Origin: an uncultured Gemmatimonadales bacterium
Lineage (GTDB): Bacteria > Gemmatimonadota > Gemmatimonadetes > Longimicrobiales > Gaopeijiaceae
Assembly: GCA_963809895.1 (NCBI GenBank)
Contig: CAWELD010000003.1
Coordinates: 64,001-128,000 of the forward strand
Length of the DNA: 64,000 bases
Reading direction: 5' to 3'
The notes beneath the pieces were generated by a model, which searched no databases, was not told the origin of the DNA, and was given only the letters and a program-made list of their open reading frames with translations. Position numbers and translations under genes: made by a program. Positions 18,646 to 27,234 of this stretch are shown here, piece by piece (within the stretch, counting starts at the first letter, position 1; the number at the start of each line of letters is the position of its first letter).

Positions 18646-21627
18646 TCAGAAGGAGATGTCCATGCGGATCATGAAGGTCCGGAACGGCGGCAGCGTGGTA
18701 TTGTCCTGCGTGCTGAAGTTGGACTGTGCCGAGCCGTTCACCTCCGGGTCGAAGCCCGTGTAGTCCGTCCAGGTGAACAGATTCCGGCCCGCCAGCGTCA
18801 GCGTGACGTCGCTACCGGGCATGGTGCGGAACCACTCCTGCGGGAGCCGCACGGTGGCGGTGATCTCCCTGAGCTTCCAGAAGTCCGCGGGCTCGATGTA
18901 GCCCGCCACGGTTCCGTAGACGTCGGCCGCCACGGCCGCCGCCTGGTCCTTCAGTGACGCGGTGGGATCGTGGCGCGCCCGGCACACGGCCGAGGGTCCG
19001 TTGCAACGGCCCCACTCGGTGGCGTTGAACTGGGAATGACCACCCCGGTAGTCGAGCAGACCTCCCACGCGCAACCAGCTGGACAGCTCCACGTCGGTGG
19101 AGAGCGTCAGCTCCTTGTCCGGGAAGACCTTGCCCAGGAAGACGGCGGTGTCGCCCACCGTCACCTCGTCGGCGCCGATGAGCCCGTCGCCGTTGGCGTC
19201 GGAGTAGCTCTCGATGGGGGGCTGCCAGTACCCGCCGGCCGGGAATCCCTCCACATGACGCTGGGTCGAGCCCAGCAGACCGAAGACGATGGGCGGCTGA
19301 TCGCCCAGGGACTCCAGGTTGTTGTCGGTCAGGGCACCGGTGGCCCGCACGCTCCAGGTGAAGCCCGGACCACGGATCAGGTCGGCGTTCAATCCCACCT
19401 CGACACCCTTGTTCACCATGAGTCCAAGGTTCTCTGCGCGCGTGCCGCTGGCTCCGGCAGACGGTGCCAGGGGACGGTTGATGATGTCGTTCTCGGACTC
19501 CTTCCGGTAATAGGTGAGGTCGAGCCCCACCCGGTCGGAGATCATGCCCGCCTCGAAGCCCAGCTCCCACTCGGTGGAGCGCTGTGGCTTGAGATCCGGG
19601 TTGCCGGCGCCGGAGATCACGAATCCCGGCTCCTCGTTCTCGTCACGGCCCACGGCCGTGGTGCCGGCGAAGTACTGCTTGGCCTGACGGAAGCTCGGGC
19701 GCAGACCCGACTCGCCCCATGCGGCGCGCAGACGGAGTCCGCTGAGCCAGTCCATCTGCGGGAAGAACGACTCGTCCGACACCACCCACGACCCGCTGAA
19801 CGACGGGTACCAGATCCAGCCCAGGTTGGTGCCGAAGGCGGAGTTCTTGTCGCCCCGCACGGCGGCGTTGAGGAAAATCCGGTTCTGCCACGCCAGCTGC
19901 GTGCTGGCGAAGGCGCCCAGCGTACGGTTCTGGATGTTGGACTCACCCACCGCGAACTGCGAGGTGGTGGCACCCAACGAGCCCGTGCCGGGAGTCAGCC
20001 CCGCGCCAGTGGCGTAGACCGACTCGGTCCGGTCCTCGTAGTACTGCGTGCCCACGCTGGTGGTGGTCTCGAGACCCTGCGTCGGCGAGTACTGCGCCGT
20101 GGCGCTTCCCGTGGCGGTGTAGTTCACCACGTTGGCGCGCTGCGACTCCCGGAAGCCGATGGAGAAAGGCGGTCCGAAGAGCGTGAGCACGTTGGGCGCC
20201 AGGATGTCGTTGTCGTGCTGATCCACGTCGTCGAGGCCGCCGGTGGCGTTGACGCTCAGCCAGCTCAGCGGCTGCCAGTCGAGATTCGTCGACAGCGTGG
20301 TGCGCTGCAGGTTCTGGAAATTGTCCCAGGCGAACAGGTAGTCCCTGGGCAGGGCGTATCCCTGTTGCTGGTCGATGACGGCCTGCGTCGGCACGCCCGT
20401 GAGACCGTTGTAGAGCACGCCCAGCCCGCTGTTGTCGTTCTGCGGGAACTGGCCGTCGTAGTTCACGTACCCCGCCTGCGCCGAGAAGCGCACGTTCTCA
20501 CCGGCCTGGCCGCTGACGTTGGCGCGCAGATTCACCCGTTGAAGGCGGTTTTCTTCCTGCACGCCGACCTGCTTCTCCAACTCGCCGGAGAGGTAGTAGG
20601 TCGTGGCCTCGGAGCCGCCGCTCACGCTGACGCCGTACTTCTGGCCGTTGCCGGTCCGGAAGGGCGTGGACGCGGAGTTTTCCAGGGGATTGTAACGGAG
20701 GATCTCCGAGGGGTTGCAGCTGTTGGACGCCTGATCGATGAGATCGCAGCGGCTTCCGTTGGCGTCCACGGAGAAGACGTTGTCCGGCATGGTGATGTTG
20801 CGGTCGATCTGGCTGCCCTGGACCCATGCCTTCCACTCCGCGTTGCCGGCGCGTCCGCGCTTGGTGGTCACCTGAATGACGCCGTTCGCCGCGGCCGTAC
20901 CGTACAGCGCCGCAGCGGACGGACCCTTCAGGATCTCGATGGACTCCACGTCCTGGGGATTGAAGTCGTCCAGGCGAGAGGGTTGGAAGCCGCCGGTGAA
21001 GAGCCCGTACGAGTTGGAGGTGTCGTCCACGCGTACGCCGTCGACGATGAGCAGCGGTGAGTTGGAGAGCGAGATCGAGTTGCTGCCACGGATGCGGATG
21101 CGCGCGCCGGCGCCGGCCGTTCCGCCGGAGCCGAGCACCGTCACGCCGGCCTCACGTCCCTGAAGGAGGTCCGAGACCGAACGGATCGGAGTCATCTCCA
21201 CGTTGGCCGCGTCGATGACGCCGACCTTGCTCCCGATCTCGCGCTTGAGCGTCTTCTGGCCTGTCGCGGTCACGATCAACTCGTCGATGGGTAGCGCGGT
21301 GGTCTGGAGCGTGAAGTCCACGGTCGCGGACTGCCCGGGCTGCACCGTGATCGTGCTGGAAGCCTGCGCGTAGCCCAGGCTCACCACCCGGATCGTCTGC
21401 TCCCCGGCCGGCACACCCGTGATGAGGAACCGGCCCTCGGCGTTGGCAAGGGCTCCGCGGTTCGTGCCCACCACTACGACCTGAGCACCGTCCACGGGCT
21501 GCGATGTGGCGCCATCTATGACGCGCCCCACCACGTTCCCGGTCCCTTGCTGGGCCTGGGCGGTGAGGGGGAGCGCCAGGAGCGCCAGCACGGCCAGCAC
21601 CCTGCCTTTCACACGTGAAAGGTTCAT
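18646..21627 (-). CDS. SusC/RagA family TonB-dependent receptor
   Basis: Start ATG 21627 with GGAGA RBS. Carboxypeptidase-regulatory-like N-domain, IRIRGSNS, IEILKGPSAAALYGTAAANGVIQVTTKRG, YTGFDPE, terminal F. Confidence 0.95.
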   Translation of the reverse strand: MNLSRVKGRVLAVLALLALPLTAQAQQGTGNVVGRVIDGATSQPVDGAQVVVVGTNRGALANAEGRFLITGVPAGEQTIRVVSLGYAQASSTITVQPGQSATVDFTLQTTALPIDELIVTATGQKTLKREIGSKVGVIDAANVEMTPIRSVSDLLQGREAGVTVLGSGGTAGAGARIRIRGSNSISLSNSPLLIVDGVRVDDTSNSYGLFTGGFQPSRLDDFNPQDVESIEILKGPSAAALYGTAAANGVIQVTTKRGRAGNAEWKAWVQGSQIDRNITMPDNVFSVDANGSRCDLIDQASNSCNPSEILRYNPLENSASTPFRTGNGQKYGVSVSGGSEATTYYLSGELEKQVGVQEENRLQRVNLRANVSGQAGENVRFSAQAGYVNYDGQFPQNDNSGLGVLYNGLTGVPTQAVIDQQQGYALPRDYLFAWDNFQNLQRTTLSTNLDWQPLSWLSVNATGGLDDVDQHDNDILAPNVLTLFGPPFSIGFRESQRANVVNYTATGSATAQYSPTQGLETTTSVGTQYYEDRTESVYATGAGLTPGTGSLGATTSQFAVGESNIQNRTLGAFASTQLAWQNRIFLNAAVRGDKNSAFGTNLGWIWYPSFSGSWVVSDESFFPQMDWLSGLRLRAAWGESGLRPSFRQAKQYFAGTTAVGRDENEEPGFVISGAGNPDLKPQRSTEWELGFEAGMISDRVGLDLTYYRKESENDIINRPLAPSAGASGTRAENLGLMVNKGVEVGLNADLIRGPGFTWSVRATGALTDNNLESLGDQPPIVFGLLGSTQRHVEGFPAGGYWQPPIESYSDANGDGLIGADEVTVGDTAVFLGKVFPDKELTLSTDVELSSWLRVGGLLDYRGGHSQFNATEWGRCNGPSAVCRARHDPTASLKDQAAAVAADVYGTVAGYIEPADFWKLREITATVRLPQEWFRTMPGSDVTLTLAGRNLFTWTDYTGFDPEVNGSAQSNFSTQDNTTLPPFRTFMIRMDISF

Positions 21628-21843
21628 GATCTCTCCATTGATGGAGGAATCGTATGGGCGAGAAGCAATTGGTGGGGGATCATTCAGGAATGGCCTGAAT
21701 GGCCGAGAGAGCCCGATCGAGCTCTTCGGACGGCGTTCGCCATCCCCACACCCAATGTCAACCCGTCCCTGTCGAACACCGTTGGCGTGGAGGCCCACGC
21801 GGGCCCGTCACGCCGATGTGGACGTGCCCTGCACCTCCACATC
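21628..21843 (-). promoter_or_regulatory. Long structured 5' leader of susC (candidate cis-regulatory RNA)
   Basis: Two hairpins, a four-way junction (21668-21756) and an RBS-occluding hairpin CUCCA-UCAA-UGGAG. A -10-like TATGTT lies at 21852-21847. Confidence 0.4.
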
Positions 21844-21905
21844 AGCAACATATACCACCCCGGACGCGAAAACGTTGCACCGGGGCAGGTGGGAGTGCGG
21901 AAAAG

Positions 21906-22727
21906 CTACCCGCCGAGGACGTCCCTGAAGAAGGCGACCGTGCGGGGCCACGCATCGCGCGCGGCGGCGGCGTTGGCACCGTCCTGTCCCGGCTGGTTGC
22001 GGAGGAATCCGTGGCCCGCGCCGTCCAGGACGACGGGGTCATACCGAACCCGACCCTCCAGAGCCTCGCGGGCGGCCGGGATCGTGGAGGTCACGCGGTT
22101 GTCGGCACCACCGTAGAGCCCGAGCACGGGCACGTCGATGGCGGCGAGGGTCTCCGGATCCGGGGTGGTGCCGTAGTAGACGACGGCGCCGGCCAGGCCA
22201 TCCCAGGCCGCGAAGCGGAAGCTCACGCCACCTCCCCAGCAGAACCCGACGCTGGCCACCTGATCGGTCGCCGACGGAAGGGCGGTGGCGTAGCGGGCTG
22301 CGGCCTGCAGGCGCCGGTCCACCTCGTCGGCGTCCAGATCGCGAATCGCGCGCACGACCCCCTGCTGGTCCATGGAGTCGGACCCGCCGCCGTCGGGGCC
22401 CTTTCCGCTCAGGAGGTCCGGGGCGATGGCGATGTAGCCCTCGGCCGCCACCTGATCGGCCACGGACCGGATCCAGTCCGTCATTCCGAAGATCTCGTGG
22501 ATCACCACCACCACCGGCGCCGGATCGCTGCGCTGCGGATACACCATCCATGCGGTGACCTCGTCTCCGTCGCCGGCATCGTAGGTGATCCACTCTCCGT
22601 GGCGCGGCGAGGCGTTGAGGCGCGCCAGGGCTCCGTCTTCGTCAGGAGGGATCACCTGTCCCGCGAGGGGGCCTCGGGCGAAGAAGACGAGCGGGAGGAC
22701 GAGGAGGGTCAGGGCGCTGCGACGCAT
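21906..22727 (-). CDS. Secreted dienelactone hydrolase family protein
   Basis: Start ATG 22727. VIHEIFG, GFCWGG nucleophile, YYG, AGHGF. Confidence 0.92.
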   Translation of the reverse strand: MRRSALTLLVLPLVFFARGPLAGQVIPPDEDGALARLNASPRHGEWITYDAGDGDEVTAWMVYPQRSDPAPVVVVIHEIFGMTDWIRSVADQVAAEGYIAIAPDLLSGKGPDGGGSDSMDQQGVVRAIRDLDADEVDRRLQAAARYATALPSATDQVASVGFCWGGGVSFRFAAWDGLAGAVVYYGTTPDPETLAAIDVPVLGLYGGADNRVTSTIPAAREALEGRVRYDPVVLDGAGHGFLRNQPGQDGANAAAARDAWPRTVAFFRDVLGG

Positions 22728-22931
22728 GGGAGGGCCTCCGATTTCGGTTTGGTGACGATACCGGTACCGCCGCCGTGTGCCGCCATAGTGTAGCGGTCGG
22801 GTGCGGGATGCCAGAGGAGCCGGTTGCGGCGCTCTCGCGCCCACTGTCGGCGCCGTCTACCTTGACGTTCACCGCCCCGCAGTCGACCGCCCCCCGGAAC
22901 CGTGCCGTCCCGAGCGACGTAGGACGCGATC

Positions 22932-23870
22932 ATGGAACGTATCCGCATTCCCAACGAGGCCACCTACACCCCGGTGGCGCTGACCGACCTGTTCATGGCG
23001 GCGCCCCTGGCCTCGCGGTTGATCCTGGGTGCGACGTTGCCCGGGCGGGTGGTGCAGGCAGCGGCGCTGGGGTTCTACGCCGGAAGCGTGGTCAAGGACT
23101 GGGCGGCGCGTCAGGGCGTGCGCCGCATCGACTTCGTGCGGGAGTACGGCGCCGACGTGCATCGCCTGGACCGCCAGGCCGAGGCGCTCCGCCGCGACGA
23201 GGTGTCGCGCCTGGGCGAGGCCCTGAACGACGAGTACACCGACGAGCGCGTGCCGCGGCGCGAGTTGGCGCCCAGGGTCAACGAGGTCCTGACCGACTAC
23301 CTCGCCGGGGTCACGGGCCAGCGCGTGGAGACCAGCGACGAGGTGCGTGACCTGTCCTTGGCGGCGCTGGTCTTTCCCTTCGCGCAGGGCACCTGCGACG
23401 TGCTCAGCGGCGACGTGGCCATCTTCCGCGACACGGGGATCTTCGAGGCGCACATCGTCGCTCACGAGTTCGTGCACCGGAAGGGCTACTGGAAGGAGCT
23501 CCACGCCCAGGCATTGGCCTATCTCGCCCTCCGGAACTCCGGCGAGCCCCTCCTGGTGCAGGCCGCTCGCGCCGAGCGCCTCCACCGGCAGCTGCGCGTA
23601 TTGGCGGGCGAGGACCCGTCGGCGTTCCGTGAAGCGGTGGATCACGCCGGTCTGCGTTCGGAGCTCCAGGAGGCGTTCCATGCCTTGCGTCCGGATCCCG
23701 GTGCCCTCCAGTCGGTGGTCTCCGAGAGCATGAAGCAGCTCTACGACCTGCGGCTGCGCATGAGTGGCCAGAACGGCCTGTCCGACTACGACGAGGGCTT
23801 CACGAACTTCCTGCACACCTTCACGCACAGCCCCTCGGCGCGCCGGCCACGCGCGGAAGCGGGCATCTGA
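22932..23870 (+). CDS. DUF3810-like zincin metalloprotein
   Basis: AHEFVHRKGYWKELHAQALAYLA: HExxH plus a downstream E. Confidence 0.65.
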   Translation: MERIRIPNEATYTPVALTDLFMAAPLASRLILGATLPGRVVQAAALGFYAGSVVKDWAARQGVRRIDFVREYGADVHRLDRQAEALRRDEVSRLGEALNDEYTDERVPRRELAPRVNEVLTDYLAGVTGQRVETSDEVRDLSLAALVFPFAQGTCDVLSGDVAIFRDTGIFEAHIVAHEFVHRKGYWKELHAQALAYLALRNSGEPLLVQAARAERLHRQLRVLAGEDPSAFREAVDHAGLRSELQEAFHALRPDPGALQSVVSESMKQLYDLRLRMSGQNGLSDYDEGFTNFLHTFTHSPSARRPRAEAGI

Positions 23871-23889
23871 TCTCGTTCACCCGCGCGCC

Positions 23890-24948
23890 TCACAGCTCCA
23901 GGATCAGCTGGCCGTGCGCGCCGGGCCGCCGGAACGCGGCGGCGGACAGCTGGGGTGGGCGTCCCAGGCCCAGGCGTCTGGCGGTGACCCGGAAGAGCGC
24001 CTTGAGCTGGGTGGCGTAGCTCCCCGCGCCCTTGCCGCGGGTCCCGAAGTCCGCGTCGTAGAGCGCGCCTCCGTGGGCCTCCCGCAGTCGGGACATCACG
24101 CGCTCCTTCCGGCCCGGCTCGTGGGCTTCCAGCCAGTCGGTGAAGAGCTCCTTCACGCCGTGGGGCAGGCGCAGGAGGATGTAGCCCGCCCAGGCGGCGC
24201 CGGCGCCGGCGGCCGCCCGCAGAATCGCCGCGATCTCCTCGTCGTTCAGACCGGGAATCACCGGCGCCAGGTTCACGCCCACGGGGATTCCCGCGTCGGC
24301 CAGCCCCCGGATCGCCTCGAGCCGCTGCGTGGGCGTCGAGGCACGGGGCTCCAGGGTGCGCTGCAGGTCCCTCCGCAGCGTCGTCACCGACAGGGTCACC
24401 GCCACCGCACGGTGGCGCGCCAGCTCGCCCAGCAGGTCCAGATCCCGCAGGACCCCGCGACTCTTGGTGATGATGCCCACGGGGTTGCGGGCTTCGGCCA
24501 GCACCTGGAGGCAGCCCCGGGTGATCTGAAGCCTGCGCTCGGCGGGCTGGTAGGGATCGGTGTTCCCGCTGAGCATCAACGGACGAGGCTTCCAGCCCGG
24601 GGCGGCCAACGCCGCTCGCAGAAGCTCCGGAGCGTCTTCCTTGACCAGGATGCGTGTCTCGAAGTCGAGCCCCGCCGAGAATCCCAGATACTCGTGCGTG
24701 GGCCTGGCGTAGCAGTAGGCGCAGCCGTGCTCGCAGCCACGGTAGGGATTGATGCCCGCGTCCAGCCCCACGTCGGGGCTGTCGTTGGTGGCGATGATGC
24801 TCCGGGACGCGTCCCGATGGAATCGGGTCCGGGGCGAGGGGTCGTCGGGGTCCCGCCAGTCGCCGCGGTCCACCTCGAGCCGTTGGAAGCGGTTCGGGGG
24901 ATTGGACGCGGATCCGCGCCCTGGAACGACGGGGAGGGGGGAGGGCAT
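23890..24948 (-). CDS. PA0069/Rv2578c family radical SAM protein (SplB-like)
   Basis: GRGSASNPPNRF, NPYRGCEHGCAYCYARPTHEYLG, NTDPYQPAE, LEPRAS, LRLPH. Confidence 0.93.
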   Translation of the reverse strand: MPSPLPVVPGRGSASNPPNRFQRLEVDRGDWRDPDDPSPRTRFHRDASRSIIATNDSPDVGLDAGINPYRGCEHGCAYCYARPTHEYLGFSAGLDFETRILVKEDAPELLRAALAAPGWKPRPLMLSGNTDPYQPAERRLQITRGCLQVLAEARNPVGIITKSRGVLRDLDLLGELARHRAVAVTLSVTTLRRDLQRTLEPRASTPTQRLEAIRGLADAGIPVGVNLAPVIPGLNDEEIAAILRAAAGAGAAWAGYILLRLPHGVKELFTDWLEAHEPGRKERVMSRLREAHGGALYDADFGTRGKGAGSYATQLKALFRVTARRLGLGRPPQLSAAAFRRPGAHGQLILEL

Positions 24949-25014
24949 GGTGCGACCCGGGCTCGGTGGACTTTCGGTAAATATTCGGTCCCGGCTCCGC
25001 TCTGTCCAGTCCCC

Positions 25015-26361
25015 CTACTGGAGCCCGACGGCGATCCCCAGTGCGATGGACACGCCCCCGAGCACCACCAGCATGCCGTAGAGGGGGAGCGTGAAGCGCA
25101 TCCACTCCTCGTAGCGCACCCCCGCCGCCGCCAGGATCGCCATGAGCGCGCCGTTGGTGGGCGTGATCAGGTCGCAGAGCCCCGCGCCGTACTGATACGC
25201 CAGCACCGCCACCTGCCGCGACAGTCCGAGCAGGTCCGAGAGGGGAACCAGCACGGGCAGGGTGAGCACGGCCTGACCGCTCACGCTGGGCACGGGCACG
25301 TGGATCGCCGTGTGGGCGGCCATCATTCCCAGCGCCGACGCCATCAGCGGCAGGTCGGCGATGGGCGTGACCAGCCCGTGCACGACCGTGTCCACGACGC
25401 GCCCGTCCTGGAGCACCACGAAGATCGCCCGGGCGAATCCGATGAGCAGGGCGGCGAAGGCCATCTCCCGGAAGCCTTTCACATAGCCCTGGGCGATGCC
25501 GCCGATGCCCAGGCCGGCCACCGCGCCGACCACGATTCCCATGGCGAAGAAGAGCGCCGACAGGTGATCGAAATCCCACCCCTGTGCCAGAATCCCCCAG
25601 ATGAGGATGCCGAAGCAGGAGGCGACGACGCCCAGGATCACCGCATCGCTCCGGCGCAGGGCTTCCACGTCCGCGCGCACGTCGCGGGTGGCGTCGGAGG
25701 CGGTGGCTCGGGCCATGCGCATGGTGAAGCCGATCCAGATGGCGAGCGCCAGCGCCAGGAAGACCGAGCGATACACGCCGCCCGACAACAGGGGGAGCTG
25801 CGCCAGCTTCTGGGCGATACCCACCTGGAAGGGGTTGATGGGACTGAAGGCCGAGCCCACGAAAGCGGCGCCGGCGCTCATGGACACCGCGACCAGGGGC
25901 GAGTACCCCAGCCGGGTGGTCAGTACCAGGAGGACCGGGATCAGCGCGATGATCTCCTCCTGCATGTTCTCCACGATCCCCCCGGTGGCGAACGCCAACG
26001 AGATCACGGGGATCACCAGGATGCTGCGATCACCGAGCCGGTTGACCATCCAGCCCACGCCCCGCCTGAGCGCTCCCGTCTCGTCGACCACCGTGAAGGC
26101 GCCGCCCACCAGGAAGACGAGGAAGATCACGTCGGCGGCGTCGGCCATGCCCCGGGGCAGGTCCACCAGCGCCTGGAAGGGGCCCACGGGTGCGGGGTCC
26201 ACCGCGTGGTAGGTTCCCGACACCACCACCGTGCGCCCGGTGGCCTCGTCTTCGATCCGGTCGTAGCTGCCTGCCGGCAGGACCCAGCTGGCCAGGGCGG
26301 CGGCGAAGACGCAGCCGGTCAGAAGGACCAGGGGATGGGGGACCCGCAGTCTGGGTTTCAC
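25015..26361 (-). CDS. YfcC family (DcuC-like / basic amino acid antiporter) membrane protein
   Basis: VPHPLVLL, LPAGSYDR, INPFQVGIAQ, VPSVSGQA, ITPTNGALMA; many TM segments. Confidence 0.9.
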   Translation of the reverse strand: MKPRLRVPHPLVLLTGCVFAAALASWVLPAGSYDRIEDEATGRTVVVSGTYHAVDPAPVGPFQALVDLPRGMADAADVIFLVFLVGGAFTVVDETGALRRGVGWMVNRLGDRSILVIPVISLAFATGGIVENMQEEIIALIPVLLVLTTRLGYSPLVAVSMSAGAAFVGSAFSPINPFQVGIAQKLAQLPLLSGGVYRSVFLALALAIWIGFTMRMARATASDATRDVRADVEALRRSDAVILGVVASCFGILIWGILAQGWDFDHLSALFFAMGIVVGAVAGLGIGGIAQGYVKGFREMAFAALLIGFARAIFVVLQDGRVVDTVVHGLVTPIADLPLMASALGMMAAHTAIHVPVPSVSGQAVLTLPVLVPLSDLLGLSRQVAVLAYQYGAGLCDLITPTNGALMAILAAAGVRYEEWMRFTLPLYGMLVVLGGVSIALGIAVGLQ

Positions 26362-26404
26362 GGCGGTCTCGCGGTGGAGGGACGCCGCGGGGCCGGACGT
26401 CGAA

Positions 26405-26435
26405 GGGCCCCGTCCGGATGTGCCGGACGGGGCCC
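26405..26435 (-). terminator. Probable terminator hairpin after the 26476-26907 gene
   Basis: GGGCCCCGTCCGG / CCGGACGGGGCCC, perfect 13 bp with a 5-nt loop. Confidence 0.55.
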
Positions 26436-26475
26436 GGGCCCACGCGGTGCGGTGAGGTGCTCGAAGAGCGTCGCG

Positions 26476-26907
26476 TCAGGCCATCTCGATGTCGTATCCC
26501 ACCCGCCAGTTGCTCATGTTCTCGGGATCGTCGGAGCCTTCGTCACCGGGCGCGATGCGGCCGATCCAGCTCGCGCAGTCGCCGGTGAACTCGCGCCGGT
26601 AGTCGTCCAGGTGATCGTTCTGGGAAAGGGTGTCGATCTCCTCGCCGAACAACTCGATGACCATGGAGTCCCCCACGTCACCCTCGAACAGGATCTTGTC
26701 GATCTTGTCCACGCGATTGAACCGGGGGTGGTCCGAGATCTCCCAGTGACCCTTCTCGGGGAGGCGGAGCTCCGTGGTGCGGATGCCGCTGGTCACGCGC
26801 GTCCGGAAGAAGAACTCGCCGTACTCCTTGAAGAAAGGCTCGAGCTTGTCCTTGATCTGGATCCAGCGAAGGACGACCCGGACCCGCTTCCCCTCATTGA
26901 CCCCCAT
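26476..26907 (-). CDS. Hypothetical cytoplasmic protein, possible C2-like beta-sandwich
   Basis: 143 aa, AGGAG RBS, promoter-like TTGACC-N18-TATTAA upstream. VIELFGEEIDTLSQNDHL resembles a C2 Ca-binding loop. Confidence 0.7.
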   Translation of the reverse strand: MGVNEGKRVRVVLRWIQIKDKLEPFFKEYGEFFFRTRVTSGIRTTELRLPEKGHWEISDHPRFNRVDKIDKILFEGDVGDSMVIELFGEEIDTLSQNDHLDDYRREFTGDCASWIGRIAPGDEGSDDPENMSNWRVGYDIEMA

Positions 26908-27037
26908 GAATGGCTCCTGTCTGTCGGTTGATTGGGCGGCGTGATTAATACCTCCTCGTCGGCGGGCCGGTCAAGTTCGCCGGTGGGCCATTGCAGCATC
27001 CTTGTGACTCGCGCGGAGCAGGGTGTAGTTTTCATCA

Positions 27038-27155
27038 GCGGCCTCGGGGAGCGTTTGCCCTCGGGGCCGCGGCCGCCTACGTGGGCGGCGACCGGTCCGC
27101 CCGAACCCGAGGAGGGTTCGGTGGCTGCGTAGGGAAGGCGCGCTTCCCGGCCGGT
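27038..27155 (+). ncRNA. Candidate structured leader or small RNA (five helices)
   Basis: Starts about 7 nt after TTGTGA-N18-TAGTTT (27002-27031). Two hairpins plus a three-way junction; all mismatches are G-U on the + strand. Confidence 0.45.
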
Positions 27156-27234
27156 GCAGATTGTCCCCCCCGGTGCCCGGTCTTCGCGATTCGGCGTGTT
27201 CGAGTCGCGGGTTCGCGGGCGAGGTTCGACCGCC

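Noticed and set aside
21844..21860. Sigma54-like GG...TTGC upstream of susC
   Set aside because: GG-to-GC spacing is 8 or 11 nt rather than the required 10.
23764..26931. 1055-aa + strand ORF
   Set aside because: Antisense to three well-supported minus-strand genes (radical SAM, YfcC, hypothetical).
27026..27062. Minus-strand GGGCAAAC (c-di-GMP-I-like) and CUGAUGA (hammerhead-like) words
   Set aside because: No GAAA-capped P2 or GACGCAAAGC, and no stem II plus GAAA; the G-U pattern favours the + strand.
27043..27137. TPP riboswitch resemblance (CUCGGGG...GCGUAGGGAAG)
   Set aside because: The essential UGAGA and CUGAU core segments are missing and the downstream gene is not thiamine-related.
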